Source: an uncultured Gemmatimonadales bacterium (lineage in GTDB: Bacteria > Gemmatimonadota > Gemmatimonadetes > Palauibacterales > Palauibacteraceae). From it: 64,000 nt of DNA. This document shows positions 41,559 to 51,971 of this stretch, piece after piece. Within the stretch, counting starts at the first letter, position 1, and the number at the start of each line of letters is the position of its first letter. The stretch lies in contig CAWANJ010000006.1 of assembly GCA_963783385.1 (NCBI GenBank), positions 256,001 through 320,000 on the forward strand, in the 5' to 3' direction. The notes beneath the pieces are model-generated. The model saw only the letters and a program-made list of their open reading frames with translations, searched no databases and was not told the DNA's origin. A program made the position numbers and the translations under genes.

Positions 41559-42671
41559 ATGGCCGATTCCTCTTCGCCGATTCGGAGGATCGCGATCAAT
41601 ACGGGAGGGGGCGACGCCCCGGGTCTCAACGCCGTGATCCGGGCGGTCGTGCTTGCCGCCTTGCGGCGCGGATGGGAGGTCTACGGGATCGAGAGGGGCT
41701 ACGGCGGGCTGCTGGAGGGCGACCAGGACGGGCTGGTACGGCTGGACGACGACAGGGTCCGGGGCATCACGCACGAGGGCGGCACCATCCTGGGCACCAC
41801 GAACCGTGGCAACCCGTTCGCCTGGCCGGAGCAGGGCGAGGAGGGGGAGCAGCGCACGCACGACCGCTCGGCCGAGTTCCTGCGGGCGTTCCGCGGTCAC
41901 GGGCTGGACGCGCTCATCGCGATCGGCGGAGACGGCAGCCTCGGCATCGCCCGGGACCTGTCCGAGTGCGGCCTGCCGGTGGTCGGCGTGCCGAAGACGA
42001 TCGACAACGACCTGGCCTACACGGACCTGAGCTTCGGCTTCCTCACCGCCGTGGACACGGCGACCGACGCCCTCGACAAGCTCCACTCGACCGCCGAGAG
42101 CCACCAGCGCGTCATGGTGGTGGAGGTCATGGGGCGCCACTCGGGCTGGATCGCCCTGTACAGCGGCCTGGCCGGGACCGCCGACGTCATCCTCATCCCC
42201 GAGATCCCGTACACGATCGAGCGCGTGTGCGAGAAAATCCGGGCCCGCGAGGCCCAGGACCGGCACTTCAGCATCGTGTGCGTGGCCGAGGGAGCGCACC
42301 CGGTGGGGGGGCCGATGGTCACCAAGACCGTGCGCGCGGGGCGGGAGGAGCAGGTCCGGCTGGGCGGCATCGGCGAGCGCATCGCCATCGAGGTGGCCGA
42401 CGCGACCGGGAAGGAGACCCGGGCCCTGACGCTGGGCCACCTGCAGCGCGGCGGCTCTCCCAACGCCTACGACCGCCTGCTGTCGCTGCGGTTCGGGACC
42501 GCGGCCGTGGATTGCGTGGCCGCGGGGCAATTCGGATGCGCGGTGGGCCTCGTCAGGGACCACGTGAAGCCGGTCACCCTGGACGAGGCCCTGCGCGAGC
42601 GGAAGTTCGTGGACCCGGACGGCCAGCTCGTGGCCACCGCCCGGGACCTCGGGATCAGCTTCGGGGCCTAG
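41559..42671 (+). CDS. pfkA: 6-phosphofructokinase (PfkA, GGDG/PKTIDND type)
   Basis: GGDAPGLN, GGTILGT, GGDGS, PKTIDND, EVMGR, LGHLQRGG. Confidence 0.95.
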   Translation: MADSSSPIRRIAINTGGGDAPGLNAVIRAVVLAALRRGWEVYGIERGYGGLLEGDQDGLVRLDDDRVRGITHEGGTILGTTNRGNPFAWPEQGEEGEQRTHDRSAEFLRAFRGHGLDALIAIGGDGSLGIARDLSECGLPVVGVPKTIDNDLAYTDLSFGFLTAVDTATDALDKLHSTAESHQRVMVVEVMGRHSGWIALYSGLAGTADVILIPEIPYTIERVCEKIRAREAQDRHFSIVCVAEGAHPVGGPMVTKTVRAGREEQVRLGGIGERIAIEVADATGKETRALTLGHLQRGGSPNAYDRLLSLRFGTAAVDCVAAGQFGCAVGLVRDHVKPVTLDEALRERKFVDPDGQLVATARDLGISFGA

Positions 42672-42704
42672 ACCGGGGCGTCCGGCCCGGGTCCCGGGGA
42701 GTCG

Positions 42705-43319
42705 CTAGCGGGACTCCTCGAAGTTCTTCGCGACCTGCGCCCAGTCGACCACGTTCCACCAGTTGGAGATGTAGTCGCCGCGGCGGTTCTGGTAGTGCAG
42801 GTAGTAGGCGTGCTCCCACACGTCCAGCCCCAGGATGGGTATGTGACCCTGCATGTACGGGCTGTCCTGGTTGGCGGTCGAGTACACGTGCAGGTTGCCG
42901 CCCCCGTCCAGCACCAGCCAGCCCCAGCCGCTCCCGAACCGGCCGGACGCGGTGTTCGAGAAGGTCTCCTTGAACTGGGCGAAGGAGCCGAAGGTGTCAG
43001 CGATGGCGGCGGCCAGGTCGTCGTCGGGCTCGCCGCCCCCGTCGGGTGACATGACCGTCCAGAACAGCGAGTGGTTGGCGTACCCGCCCCCGTTGTTGCG
43101 CACGGCCGTCCGGATGTCCTCCGGAACGCCGTCGATGCCGCGCAGGATCTCCTCGATCGACTTCGACTCGAGGGCCCCGTGCCCCTCGAGGGCCGCGTTC
43201 AGCTTGTTCGTGTAGCCCGCGTGATGCTTGTCGTGGTGGATCTCCATGGTGCGGGCGTCGATGTACGGCTCGAGCGCGTCGAAGTCGTAGGGAAGGTCGG
43301 GAAGGGTGAAGCCTGCCAT
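42705..43319 (-). CDS. sodA: Superoxide dismutase, probably Mn-type
   Basis: [26 protein letters not shown]. Confidence 0.95.
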   Translation of the reverse strand: MAGFTLPDLPYDFDALEPYIDARTMEIHHDKHHAGYTNKLNAALEGHGALESKSIEEILRGIDGVPEDIRTAVRNNGGGYANHSLFWTVMSPDGGGEPDDDLAAAIADTFGSFAQFKETFSNTASGRFGSGWGWLVLDGGGNLHVYSTANQDSPYMQGHIPILGLDVWEHAYYLHYQNRRGDYISNWWNVVDWAQVAKNFEESR

Positions 43320-43584
43320 GATCGCCTCCTTCTGGGGGATGGGCGGCCCGGGTGGGGGGGCCGGCGGCGGACGACCGCCGACGTCGCGGTCCTGACCCAG
43401 GGTCGCTGTATGGGACGCGGGTAGGCAGGGACGCAGCTTTCGGACCAGCGGCCGGGCCGGTGGGCGGCGTGATCGACACCACCGCTCGGGAGCCCGCGGG
43501 CAGCTCCCCCGGCGTCTTGCACGATGCCTCGACGTGTGCAGGAATTGCAGGCCCGCAGGGACTCCTTGGGCCTGTAGCGACCCA

Positions 43585-43644
43585 TCTAACCATCTGCGTT
43601 ACGGCATCTTATGGCCACAGACTGTGCCCGGTGCGCGTCTTGCC
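43585..43644 (+). promoter_or_regulatory. Putative sigma54 promoter with an upstream TCTAAC-N18-TTAT element
   Basis: GG-TGCGCGTCTT-GC at 43630-43643; architecture shared with the pilin upstream region. Confidence 0.45.
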
Positions 43645-43748
43645 GATGGGCACCGGTGCCGCCACCCGCACGGGGGCGTGCACACCGCGCATCCCCGCGC
43701 GGGAAATTCGGGAAATGCGGACGCACCACCCTGGCAGGAGATGACCCC

Positions 43749-44882
43749 GTGAACGATCCACGTTCGTTCCTCCGCCGCTGCACCGCCCTCGCGGCCGCGC
43801 TGGCGCTGTCGGCCTGCAGCAAGTCGGCCACGGGGCCGGGCGGCGCGCCGGCGTTCGACGCGCAGGCCACGGCCCAGAAGGCCGGCACCGTGACGTCCAC
43901 GTCCGGGTCCGATCCGAACCTGGCCCCCTCCCTCGCGCTCGTATCCGGGGCGATCTCGGGGGGCTCGGGCCTGCCGTCGGTCGCCGGGTTCTTCCTCGGC
44001 GACGGGCTGCGGCCCACCCTGGACCTCGGCCAGGTGCGCGCCATGACGCGCGAGCTGGGCGGCGTGGGCGGTTCCAGCGAGGTGCCCGCCCCGCGGCTCA
44101 GCCTCCTGCTGCCCGACAGCCTCATGGGCTCCACCCTCGCGTGGAACCCGTCGACCGGCGGCTACGAGGTGGACGCGAGCCGGACCGGCGCCCCCTCGAA
44201 CGGGATCCGCTTCGTCTACTACGCAGTCGATCCGGTGACGAAGAAGCCGGCGCTGCCCCTGAACGAGCTCGGATACATCGAGCTCACGGACCAGAGCGCT
44301 AGCACGAGCGGACTCCTGCTCGGCGTGAAGGTCGTTAACACGTCCGGCTCCTCGGACGTCACGCTGGCGGACTACACGGTGGAAGGCTCGGTCGTCCTCT
44401 CCGGGGATACCCAGCTCTCCGCGAGCGCCGGGGGATACATCACCGACGGAACGAACCGGCTCGACTTCACCCTGTCGCAGCAGGTCTCGATTCCGGCGGG
44501 ATCCTCGGCGGTCACGGGCACCACGCACTACGAGCTCGCTTCGGGCGGCATCACGCTGACTCTCGACGGTGACGGCAGCTTCGATCTCTCGACCGGTCAG
44601 GCCACTTCCGAGTCCCTGAAGCTCACCGTGACGGATGGCTCCGACACGGCCGTGGTGGACGTGACGGTGGCCGGTGACGGGACGCTGGACGGCAAGGTCG
44701 AGTACCAGGGCTCCACCGTGATCCTCATCGGCGGCACGGTGAGCCAGCCGACCTTCACGAAGCCGGACGGATCGGCGCTCACCGACCAGGACCGCCAGGC
44801 CCTCAAGAGCCTGGTGGACGCGATCCAGTCGATCGTGGACTTCGCCGGCTCGATCCTGGGAGTGTTCGGAGGCGGGGCTTAG
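43749..44882 (+). CDS. Hypothetical Ser/Thr/Gly-rich lipoprotein
   Basis: AGGAG RBS, lipobox LSAC, beta-strand-rich body. Confidence 0.75.
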   Translation: MNDPRSFLRRCTALAAALALSACSKSATGPGGAPAFDAQATAQKAGTVTSTSGSDPNLAPSLALVSGAISGGSGLPSVAGFFLGDGLRPTLDLGQVRAMTRELGGVGGSSEVPAPRLSLLLPDSLMGSTLAWNPSTGGYEVDASRTGAPSNGIRFVYYAVDPVTKKPALPLNELGYIELTDQSASTSGLLLGVKVVNTSGSSDVTLADYTVEGSVVLSGDTQLSASAGGYITDGTNRLDFTLSQQVSIPAGSSAVTGTTHYELASGGITLTLDGDGSFDLSTGQATSESLKLTVTDGSDTAVVDVTVAGDGTLDGKVEYQGSTVILIGGTVSQPTFTKPDGSALTDQDRQALKSLVDAIQSIVDFAGSILGVFGGGA

Positions 44883-45721
44883 GGCAGGGGCAGGTCCAGC
44901 ACGGCCCCGGCGCCTCCGGGCACCGGGAGCAGCGCGACCACGGGGGCGCGGCGCTCCAATGCGGAGCCGCCGCGCCCCCGCCGCGCATCGAATCGCAGGA
45001 TCACCCGGGTGCTCAGGATGCCGAGCGCCGCCCCGCCCACCACGTCGGTCACCCAGTGATCGCGGCCCACGACCCGGCTGGCGGCCGTCGCCGCGGCCGC
45101 GGGCCACGCCACCCACGGCACCCAGCGCTGATCCGGGAAGTCGGCCACCGCGACGGCAGCCAGGGCGAAGGCGCGGACCGCGTGTCCCGACGGGTAGGAC
45201 TGGTTCACCTCGTGGAAGGCCAGGGGCGAGAACTCGTCGGGGTCGCTGGTCGCATACGGGCGACGCCGGCCGAGGAGGATCTTCCCGCCCAGCAGCACCG
45301 CATCGGCCGCCACCAGCGTCTCCATGGCGTCGAGCCCGGCCTTCTCGATTCGCGGGCTGCCCGCCAGCTTGCCCCCTCCCCAGGCGGCCAGCGCCAGCCC
45401 CACATCCAGGTACGGGCTTCCGGCCACGTCCCCCGCGTCCACGAACGTCCTGTCGAAGCCGGCGGGCCTGGACGGCGTGTGGGACCTAACGCTCCGCTCG
45501 AATCCCTCGAGAGGCTCGATCAGGAGAACGCCGCCGAACACGACGCCGGCGTAGGCCAGGTCGGAGGTCCGGAACAGGGAGGGACGGGCGGCGCTGTCCA
45601 ATGCGGCCGGCCCCGGCGCCTGCGCGCGGGCCGGGACGGCCGGGGAGACGAGGGCGGCCAGAGCCATCGCCGCGGCCGCCAGGACCGCCGGCCCCCGGGC
45701 GGGCCCGGCGTGGCGCCTCAC
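44879..45721 (-). CDS. PAP2 family phosphatase
   Basis: KILLGRRRP, SYPSGH, SRVxxxDHWVTDV. Confidence 0.9.
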   Translation of the reverse strand: MRRHAGPARGPAVLAAAAMALAALVSPAVPARAQAPGPAALDSAARPSLFRTSDLAYAGVVFGGVLLIEPLEGFERSVRSHTPSRPAGFDRTFVDAGDVAGSPYLDVGLALAAWGGGKLAGSPRIEKAGLDAMETLVAADAVLLGGKILLGRRRPYATSDPDEFSPLAFHEVNQSYPSGHAVRAFALAAVAVADFPDQRWVPWVAWPAAAATAASRVVGRDHWVTDVVGGAALGILSTRVILRFDARRGRGGSALERRAPVVALLPVPGGAGAVLDLPLP

Positions 45722-45725
45722 CGGG

Positions 45726-46712
45726 TCACGCGGCGATCTCGCCGAGGGCCTGGCGGACCAGCACCGGGAGCATGGCCCGCCGCCATTCCTTGTCCACCAC
45801 GATGTTCTCGAGCGGGTGGCACTGCCGGTAGGCCTGCTCTGCCACCGCGTCGATGACGGACGGGGTGAGGCGGTTCCCGATGGCGGCGTCCTGGACGCGC
45901 CCGATGAGGCGCGGATAGGAGTTCATGGCCGAAGCGACCATGCGCAGCTCACGGATCACGCCTCCCTCATCCAGCGTGACCGCCACGGCCAGGTTGAGAA
46001 TGGGGAAGTCGATGGCCTGGCGCTGACGGAGTTTCTGGAACGACGTCCGCGTCCCGGCGGCGGGGCGTGGGAGGGAGATCGCCGTGACCAGCTCGCCCGG
46101 CTCCATGCGCCGATTCCACACCCCGTCCGAGGTGAAGAAGTCCTCCACCGGGACGGTGCGCCGGCCTTCGGGGCCCGCGACCTCGGCCGAGGCGCCCAGC
46201 ACCATGAGCATGGGGGGCGTGTCCGCCGAGTGGGCCGCCACGCAGCGGGTGCCGCCCGGCACCACATGGCAGGTGTCGCCCTCCTTCTTGAGACAGAAGC
46301 CGAGCGCCTTGCGCCAGAAAAAGCTCTGGTTGTAGTAGGTGCAGCGCGTGTCCAGGCACAGGTTTCCGCCGATCGTGCCCATGCGCCGGAGCTGGGGGCC
46401 CGAGATCTCGCCGCAGGCTCGTGCCAGCGCGGGGTAGCGCTCCCCCACCACGGGATCGGACGCGAGCGCATCCAGCGTCTCGCACGCACCGATCCGGAGT
46501 TCCCCGTCCCGCATCGCCGCGATGCCGTGCAGTTCCTCGACGCCCTTGAGGGCGACCAGGTGACCCGGCGTGAACAGCTTGTGCTTCATGTTGGGGACGA
46601 GATCGGTGCCGCCCGCGATGGGCATGACATCGCCGGCGTGCTCGGCGAGCAGCGCGAGCGCCTCGCTCACCGTCGAGGGGCGATGGTAGGTGTACGGGTG
46701 AAGTCGAAGCAT
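45726..46712 (-). CDS. Xanthine dehydrogenase family FAD subunit with Fe-S insert (4-hydroxybenzoyl-CoA reductase beta-like)
   Basis: AGGTDL, RRMGTIGGN, insert CLDTRCTYYNQ...FCLK...TCHV...C, SAD, FQKLRQRQAIDF. Confidence 0.85.
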   Translation of the reverse strand: MLRLHPYTYHRPSTVSEALALLAEHAGDVMPIAGGTDLVPNMKHKLFTPGHLVALKGVEELHGIAAMRDGELRIGACETLDALASDPVVGERYPALARACGEISGPQLRRMGTIGGNLCLDTRCTYYNQSFFWRKALGFCLKKEGDTCHVVPGGTRCVAAHSADTPPMLMVLGASAEVAGPEGRRTVPVEDFFTSDGVWNRRMEPGELVTAISLPRPAAGTRTSFQKLRQRQAIDFPILNLAVAVTLDEGGVIRELRMVASAMNSYPRLIGRVQDAAIGNRLTPSVIDAVAEQAYRQCHPLENIVVDKEWRRAMLPVLVRQALGEIAA

Positions 46713-46819
46713 GGTCGTGCCGAATGTAAGCGGACACCGCGGGGCGGACCAACCCGGCGACGCCGGCCGAGGCCCCCACGTCCGCTTCCCGCCGGGTGGT
46801 TCCGGGGAGCGACCCGGCC

Positions 46820-47935
46820 TCAGCCCGCTCCCAGCGCCTCCAGGCGCGCCGAGACCAGCTCGAGGGCGGCCTCCAGGGGGCCGCGCTCGATGCCGAAGCC
46901 GACGCGCAGATAGCCGTCCAGACCGAACTGGTCCCCGGGCACGACCAGCACCCCGTCCTCCACACGCAGACGCTCGACCAGCTCCGACGAGCCCACGTCG
47001 GCCGAGTAGCCCACGAAGCCAATGGCGCCGGCGTCGGGCGGCCGCCAACTGAGACGTCCCTGCGAGCCGCCCACCCACGCCTCCATCACGTCCAGGTTGG
47101 CCCGCACGATGCGACGCGTCCGCTCGAGAATGACGGCGAGCGCCCCTGGCTCCAGGGCGGCGGCGGCGAGGTGGTCGGAGAGAGCGGACGGACCGATGGT
47201 CGTGTAGTCCTTGTAGCCCCACAGCCTCTCGATCTCGGCCTCGGGGCCCACCAGCCACCCGATCCGGAGGCCGGGCAGGCCGTAGGCCTTGGACAGGGAA
47301 CCGGTCACCAGGACCCGATCGTATCGGCCCCACAGGCTCGGGGTACGCTCCCCCTCGACCTCCGCGCCCGCGTACACCTCGTCGGACAGGATCCACGCCC
47401 CCGCGTCCTCGGCGGCGCCGACGATCTCCTCGATCGCCTCGTCGGCCAGGACGGCGCCCGTGGGATTGTTGGGGTTGGTGACCACCACGAGGGCCGCCTC
47501 CCGGCCAACGGAGGCCTCGGCCGCGCCCGGCTCCGGCTGCCATCCGCGCGCTTCCATGAGGGGGATGCTCCGCACTTCGCCGCCGAAAGCCGCGGCCAGC
47601 CCCGGCGTCTGGCCATAGGTGGGAACCACGATCGCCACGCGATCCCCGGGCTGCACGTGGGCCCACACCGCCAGGAAGTTGGCCTCGGCGCCTCCCGTGG
47701 TCACGAGGACGTTGTCCGGCCCCGCGCCCGGGTACAGGGCGGCGATCCGCTCACGGAGCCGCCGCGTGCCGTTCGTCTGCGTGTAGCCGAGTCGCACCGG
47801 GCCGGGATCGGCCCCCGTGATCCCCGACAGCTCGGCCACCGACAGGGGGTGCACGCCGCTCTCGGAGAGGTTGAGCCGTACCGCGTGCTCGTGGAGCGAC
47901 TGCCACCGCTCCATCTCGAAGGACGTCACCTTCAT
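46820..47935 (-). CDS. Class I/II aminotransferase
   Basis: NLSESG, TNPNNPTG, DEVY, SLSKAYGLPGLRIGW. Confidence 0.92.
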   Translation of the reverse strand: MKVTSFEMERWQSLHEHAVRLNLSESGVHPLSVAELSGITGADPGPVRLGYTQTNGTRRLRERIAALYPGAGPDNVLVTTGGAEANFLAVWAHVQPGDRVAIVVPTYGQTPGLAAAFGGEVRSIPLMEARGWQPEPGAAEASVGREAALVVVTNPNNPTGAVLADEAIEEIVGAAEDAGAWILSDEVYAGAEVEGERTPSLWGRYDRVLVTGSLSKAYGLPGLRIGWLVGPEAEIERLWGYKDYTTIGPSALSDHLAAAALEPGALAVILERTRRIVRANLDVMEAWVGGSQGRLSWRPPDAGAIGFVGYSADVGSSELVERLRVEDGVLVVPGDQFGLDGYLRVGFGIERGPLEAALELVSARLEALGAG

Positions 47936-48033
47936 GGGCCGCTCCCACGTGCCGGGGGAAGAAGAGATCGCTCGCCGCTCCATGTGACGGCCCGCCAGCG
48001 CCGCTCGTCAAGCGCACCGGCCAGCCGGAGGCG

Positions 48034-48990
48034 TCAGCCCCCGCCGGCCGCGTCCGACCCCCACCCCTCCGCCTCCACCCTCCCGAGCGGGCGCTCCACG
48101 CCGGTCGGCCGATACGCCATCCGGGTGGTGAGATCGAAGCGGTCCCCGGCACGCAGGAAGTAGAAGCGGCCACCCGAGTCGAGCCGGTGCGTGGGATCGT
48201 AGATGGCCACGTAGCTCGGACCGATCACACGGAACCCGCCGCCGTGGACCACGATGGCCGTGTTCTCGTCCAGCCCGATGCCGAGCAGCTCCGGGTGTTT
48301 CTCGATGACCGGGATGAGGTCGAACTCGCGGTTCCGGACGAGCACGTGCTGGTCGATGGCCACGCCGGGCAGCAGGCCGAAACCCCGCTGGTGGTCTCCC
48401 ATCATGATCGTGTTGGTCTTGGTGTCGCCCCGAACCAGGAAGGAGCCCTGGATCGTGGCGCCGGCCGAGGAGCCGCCCACCACCCCGCCGCGCGCCAGCA
48501 CCGAGTCGATCGCCGCCTCCGTCTTCGTGCCCAGGTAGGCGTCGGCGAGCCGCCACTGCCGCCCGCCGAAGAACCACACCCCCCGGGCGCGCCGCAGCGG
48601 CGCCACGAAGGCATCCGAGTTGGCCACGCTCCGGTCGCGCGTGTGGAGGATCGTCATGTTCTCGGCGCCCGCATCGCGGAACTTCTGCAGGCCCGGGAAG
48701 GAGAGGTCGAAGCGGTCTCCCTCCGACGCCGTGGGGATCATGACGATGGGAGCGTCGGGACCGCCCGCCAGCTCCAGGAACCGGCGGATGATGGCGGGAT
48801 CGTGGAGGTTACCGCCCACGATCACCAGCCAGCCCCGTGCCGGGCCCCCCGGATAGGCCGCGCTGTCGCGGACCGGGGCCCGGTGATCCAGTCCGGCGCC
48901 ATGGGTGGCCGCGGCCGGAGCGCCGCCCGGGACCGGGGTCCCGAGCAGGAGGAGGGGAGTGACGAGCAGCGTGCCGAGTCGGGGTCGCAT
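48034..48990 (-). CDS. Cyanophycinase (peptidase S51) with signal peptide
   Basis: IVGG, IPTA, GGRQ, GSSAGA nucleophile, IDQH...RNR, GLDENTA; GGAGG RBS. Confidence 0.85.
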   Translation of the reverse strand: MRPRLGTLLVTPLLLLGTPVPGGAPAAATHGAGLDHRAPVRDSAAYPGGPARGWLVIVGGNLHDPAIIRRFLELAGGPDAPIVMIPTASEGDRFDLSFPGLQKFRDAGAENMTILHTRDRSVANSDAFVAPLRRARGVWFFGGRQWRLADAYLGTKTEAAIDSVLARGGVVGGSSAGATIQGSFLVRGDTKTNTIMMGDHQRGFGLLPGVAIDQHVLVRNREFDLIPVIEKHPELLGIGLDENTAIVVHGGGFRVIGPSYVAIYDPTHRLDSGGRFYFLRAGDRFDLTTRMAYRPTGVERPLGRVEAEGWGSDAAGGG

Positions 48991-49205
48991 CCGTACCTCC
49001 GGTGAAGCGGATTCGCCGCCGGCCGCCGCCCGGTCGACGGCGGCGCGGCGACCGCCAACATGCGCCGGCCGCGGCGGACCCGGCAACGCGGGACGGGTGG
49101 GCTCGACCAGCGGAGGAGCCGGCCGGCCCCTGGACTGGCCGGAAGGAGGCGGTGGCCCTACGGTGGGAGCCGAGCCCGCGTCGAGCCTCCACCGGAGCCA
49201 CTGCC

Positions 49206-50652
49206 ATGCGAGAAGCCCGGCCACCTTCGCTCCCTCCCGCCCCGCCCTCCGTCGCCACATCGCTCGGAGCCCTTCTGCTCGCCGCGGCGGCGCTCGCCGG
49301 GGCGCTCGTCCCGGCCGGGTCGGCGCGCGCCCAGGACCCGCCCGTGGTGATCCGGGGCGGCTGGCTGTTCGACGGGACCGGGCACGCCCGCGTCCGCAAC
49401 CACGGGATCGTGGTGCGGGACGGCAGCTTCCTGGTCGTGGACGACAGCGCCCCCGACCTCGACCTGTCCGGGGCCCGGGTCGTGACGCTCTCCGACGACG
49501 AGACCATCCTGCCTGGCTTCTTCGACCTGCACGCCCACTACAACGTCCAGCTCATGGGCCGGAAGCGCACCGAGGAGTTCCTGGTCGAGCCCACCGTGTA
49601 CCTGGCCAACGGCGTGACCTCCACCTTCCCGGCCGGAGAGTACGACCCGGTCGGCATGATGCGCCTGCGCGAGCGCATCGACCGCGGCGAGCAGGCCGGC
49701 CCGCGCATCTACGACTCGGGTCCCTACTTCGGCTATGCCCGCCCGGGCTGGGACCCGAAGGCGATCGACCGGGACTCCCTCGACGCCGAGGTCGACTACT
49801 GGGCCGAGCACGGCGCCCGGGGGTTCAAGGCCAAGATCATCGACGCCGAGCACCTGCGGTGGCTCATCGAGCGCGCCCACCTGCACGGACTCACGGTGAC
49901 CGGCCACCTGGGCTCGGGCTACCACGATGTCGTGAACCCCCGGGACGCCGTGCTCATGGGCATCGACCGCGTCGAGCACTTCATCGGCGGGGACGCCTTC
50001 CCGGCGAGCCGCAGCGCCTACGCGTCCCTGGCCGGCATGACGCCGGATACCCCGGGCTACATGAAGGAGGTGGCGCTGTTCCGCCGCTACGGCGTGACCT
50101 TCGACGCCACCGTCACCGCCTATGGCTACTTCGCCCCCCACCGGGACTCGCTGTTCGACTACTGGACCGACGAGCGCCGCTTCTTCACGCCGGAGGTCCA
50201 GGCCTGGGTGAAGGCCCACCCGCGGCCCGGGATCCCCGCGTTCGACAGCATCTACCACGCGAAGTGCGCGTTGCTGGCGGCCTACTACCACGGCGGGGGC
50301 CGGCTCGGGGTCGGCACCGACCACCCGAGCTCGGGCGAGTTCCTGCCCGGCTTCGGCTACCACCGGGAGCTCGAGGCCTACGTGCGCTGCGGCGTGCCTC
50401 CCGCCGCTACCCTGCGGGCGGCGACCTTCGGCGGCGCGCGAGGCATGAACGTCTCGGACAAGCTCGGCACGATCGAGCCCGGGAAGTGGGCCGACCTGGT
50501 GGTCGTGGACGGGCAACCCGCTCGAGGACATCCGGACCACCCGCGACGTGCGGCTGGTCATGAAGGCGGGCCGGATCTACGACCCGAAGAAGCTCCTGGC
50601 GAGCGTGGTCGGGAAGCTCGGCCCTCCGGCGGGGAGCGGCGGCGGGCGGTAG
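49206..50652 (+). CDS. Secreted metal-dependent amidohydrolase; apparent 1-nt insertion frameshift near 50511
   Basis: PGFFDLHAH, NGVT, VGTD, GTIEPGKWADLVVVD. Removing one G gives GNPLEDIRTTRDVRLVMKAG and a stop at 50652. Confidence 0.85.
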
Positions 50653-50843
50653 AGCCAAGGCCGCGGCTCGGGTCCCATCGACATCCCGGGGGCGACCGCT
50701 TCGTGGCGGCCGCCCCCCTGCTTTTTCGCTCTTCCCTGTCGAGAGGGTCCGGGACGGGACCCGGCGGTGAATCGCGGCATCCGTGCAGCCCGCCGAGTCC
50801 CCGCCGATCCCGGGCCGACAGGCCACGAGCCAGGGAGGGAGCC

Positions 50844-51239
50844 ATGCCGCACTCCGATCGAGATCCGGAACAGCCCCGGCGAGAGAACGCGCCGGCGGCG
50901 GAGGACGCGTCCGCACCCGGCGGCGTCTCCAGGCGGGAGAGCCTCAAGCTCGCCTCCGCCCTCCTCGCCCTCGGCCCCGGGCTCGGCCTCGCGCTGCCCG
51001 AGACGCTGGGGGCGAGCGAGGCCGGTGGGAAGGCACGACTGGCCTGGTACACCACCGAGGACGGCAAGGAGTTCAAGGAGCTGGCCGTGCAGGCCGTGCC
51101 CGAGGAGGTGGCCCGGATCGCGGCCTCGCGCGGGGGGCCCCGGTTCGAGGTGGACTGGACCCTGGACCGGGACGGGGAGAAGCGTCCCGTGTACTCGCAG
51201 GGGATGCCGGCGGTCATGCTGAAGGTCGAGTGGGACTAG
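50844..51239 (+). CDS. Small Tat-signal exported protein
   Basis: GGGAGG RBS; SRRESLK followed by a hydrophobic stretch. Confidence 0.7.
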   Translation: MPHSDRDPEQPRRENAPAAEDASAPGGVSRRESLKLASALLALGPGLGLALPETLGASEAGGKARLAWYTTEDGKEFKELAVQAVPEEVARIAASRGGPRFEVDWTLDRDGEKRPVYSQGMPAVMLKVEWD

Positions 51240-51961
51240 GGGGCGCCGTTTTCCGTTCCGGGCCGGGGCCCGGCCCGGACCCGGACGGCCTCCTCCTGCG
51301 CACGGCGGACAGCCCGTTCAGCTACGCCTGCCGCGCGTGCAGCCGCTGCTGCCACGGCCGCCGGATCCCCGTGAACCCCTACGAGATCCTGCGGCTCGCC
51401 GCCAACCGGGGGCTCGGCACGGGCGAGCTGCTCGACCGCTTCGTGACCGAAGACGGCACGGCGCTCCTGCACGGGGAAGGGGGCGCCTGCCTGTTCCTGG
51501 ACGAGGGCGGCTGCTCGGTCCACCCCGACCGTCCGCTCGCCTGCCGCCTGTATCCGCTCGGCGCCGTGACCCTCGGCGCCGGCCTGACGGCGTTCGTCGA
51601 GCTCGAGCCGCATCCCGACACGGAGGGCGAGTACGGGGAGGAAGGGACGGTGGGCGGCTACCTGGACGCGCAGGGGGCGGGGCCATACCTGAAAGCCGCC
51701 GCCCGATACCGGGGCCTGCTGGCGAGGGCCGTGGAGCGACTCGGGGCCGAGAGCCCCGCGGCCGGCGGCGGACCCGGCGCGGGTCGCGGCCCGGAGGACC
51801 GCCGCGCCTGGCTGGACGTGGACGCCACCGTCGAGGGCTACGCCGAGGAGGCGGGCCTCACCGTCCCGTCCGACCCGGAGGAGAAGACCCGCCTCCACCT
51901 GCTCGCCCTGGCCCGGGCTCTCGGAATCGGAGACGAGCCCGCGGCGCGACCCGGGGCCTGA
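51230..51961 (+). CDS. YkgJ family cysteine-cluster (CxxCxxCC) protein
   Basis: CRACSRCC, CLFL...CSVHPDRPLACRLYP. Confidence 0.88.
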   Translation: MGLGGAVFRSGPGPGPDPDGLLLRTADSPFSYACRACSRCCHGRRIPVNPYEILRLAANRGLGTGELLDRFVTEDGTALLHGEGGACLFLDEGGCSVHPDRPLACRLYPLGAVTLGAGLTAFVELEPHPDTEGEYGEEGTVGGYLDAQGAGPYLKAAARYRGLLARAVERLGAESPAAGGGPGAGRGPEDRRAWLDVDATVEGYAEEAGLTVPSDPEEKTRLHLLALARALGIGDEPAARPGA

Positions 51962-51971
51962 TGGACGGCCG

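Noticed and set aside
49002-51239. 745-aa amidohydrolase-Tat protein fusion shown in the ORF track
   Set aside because: Artefact of the frameshift at about 50511. The corrected frame stops at 50652 and the next gene has its own RBS.
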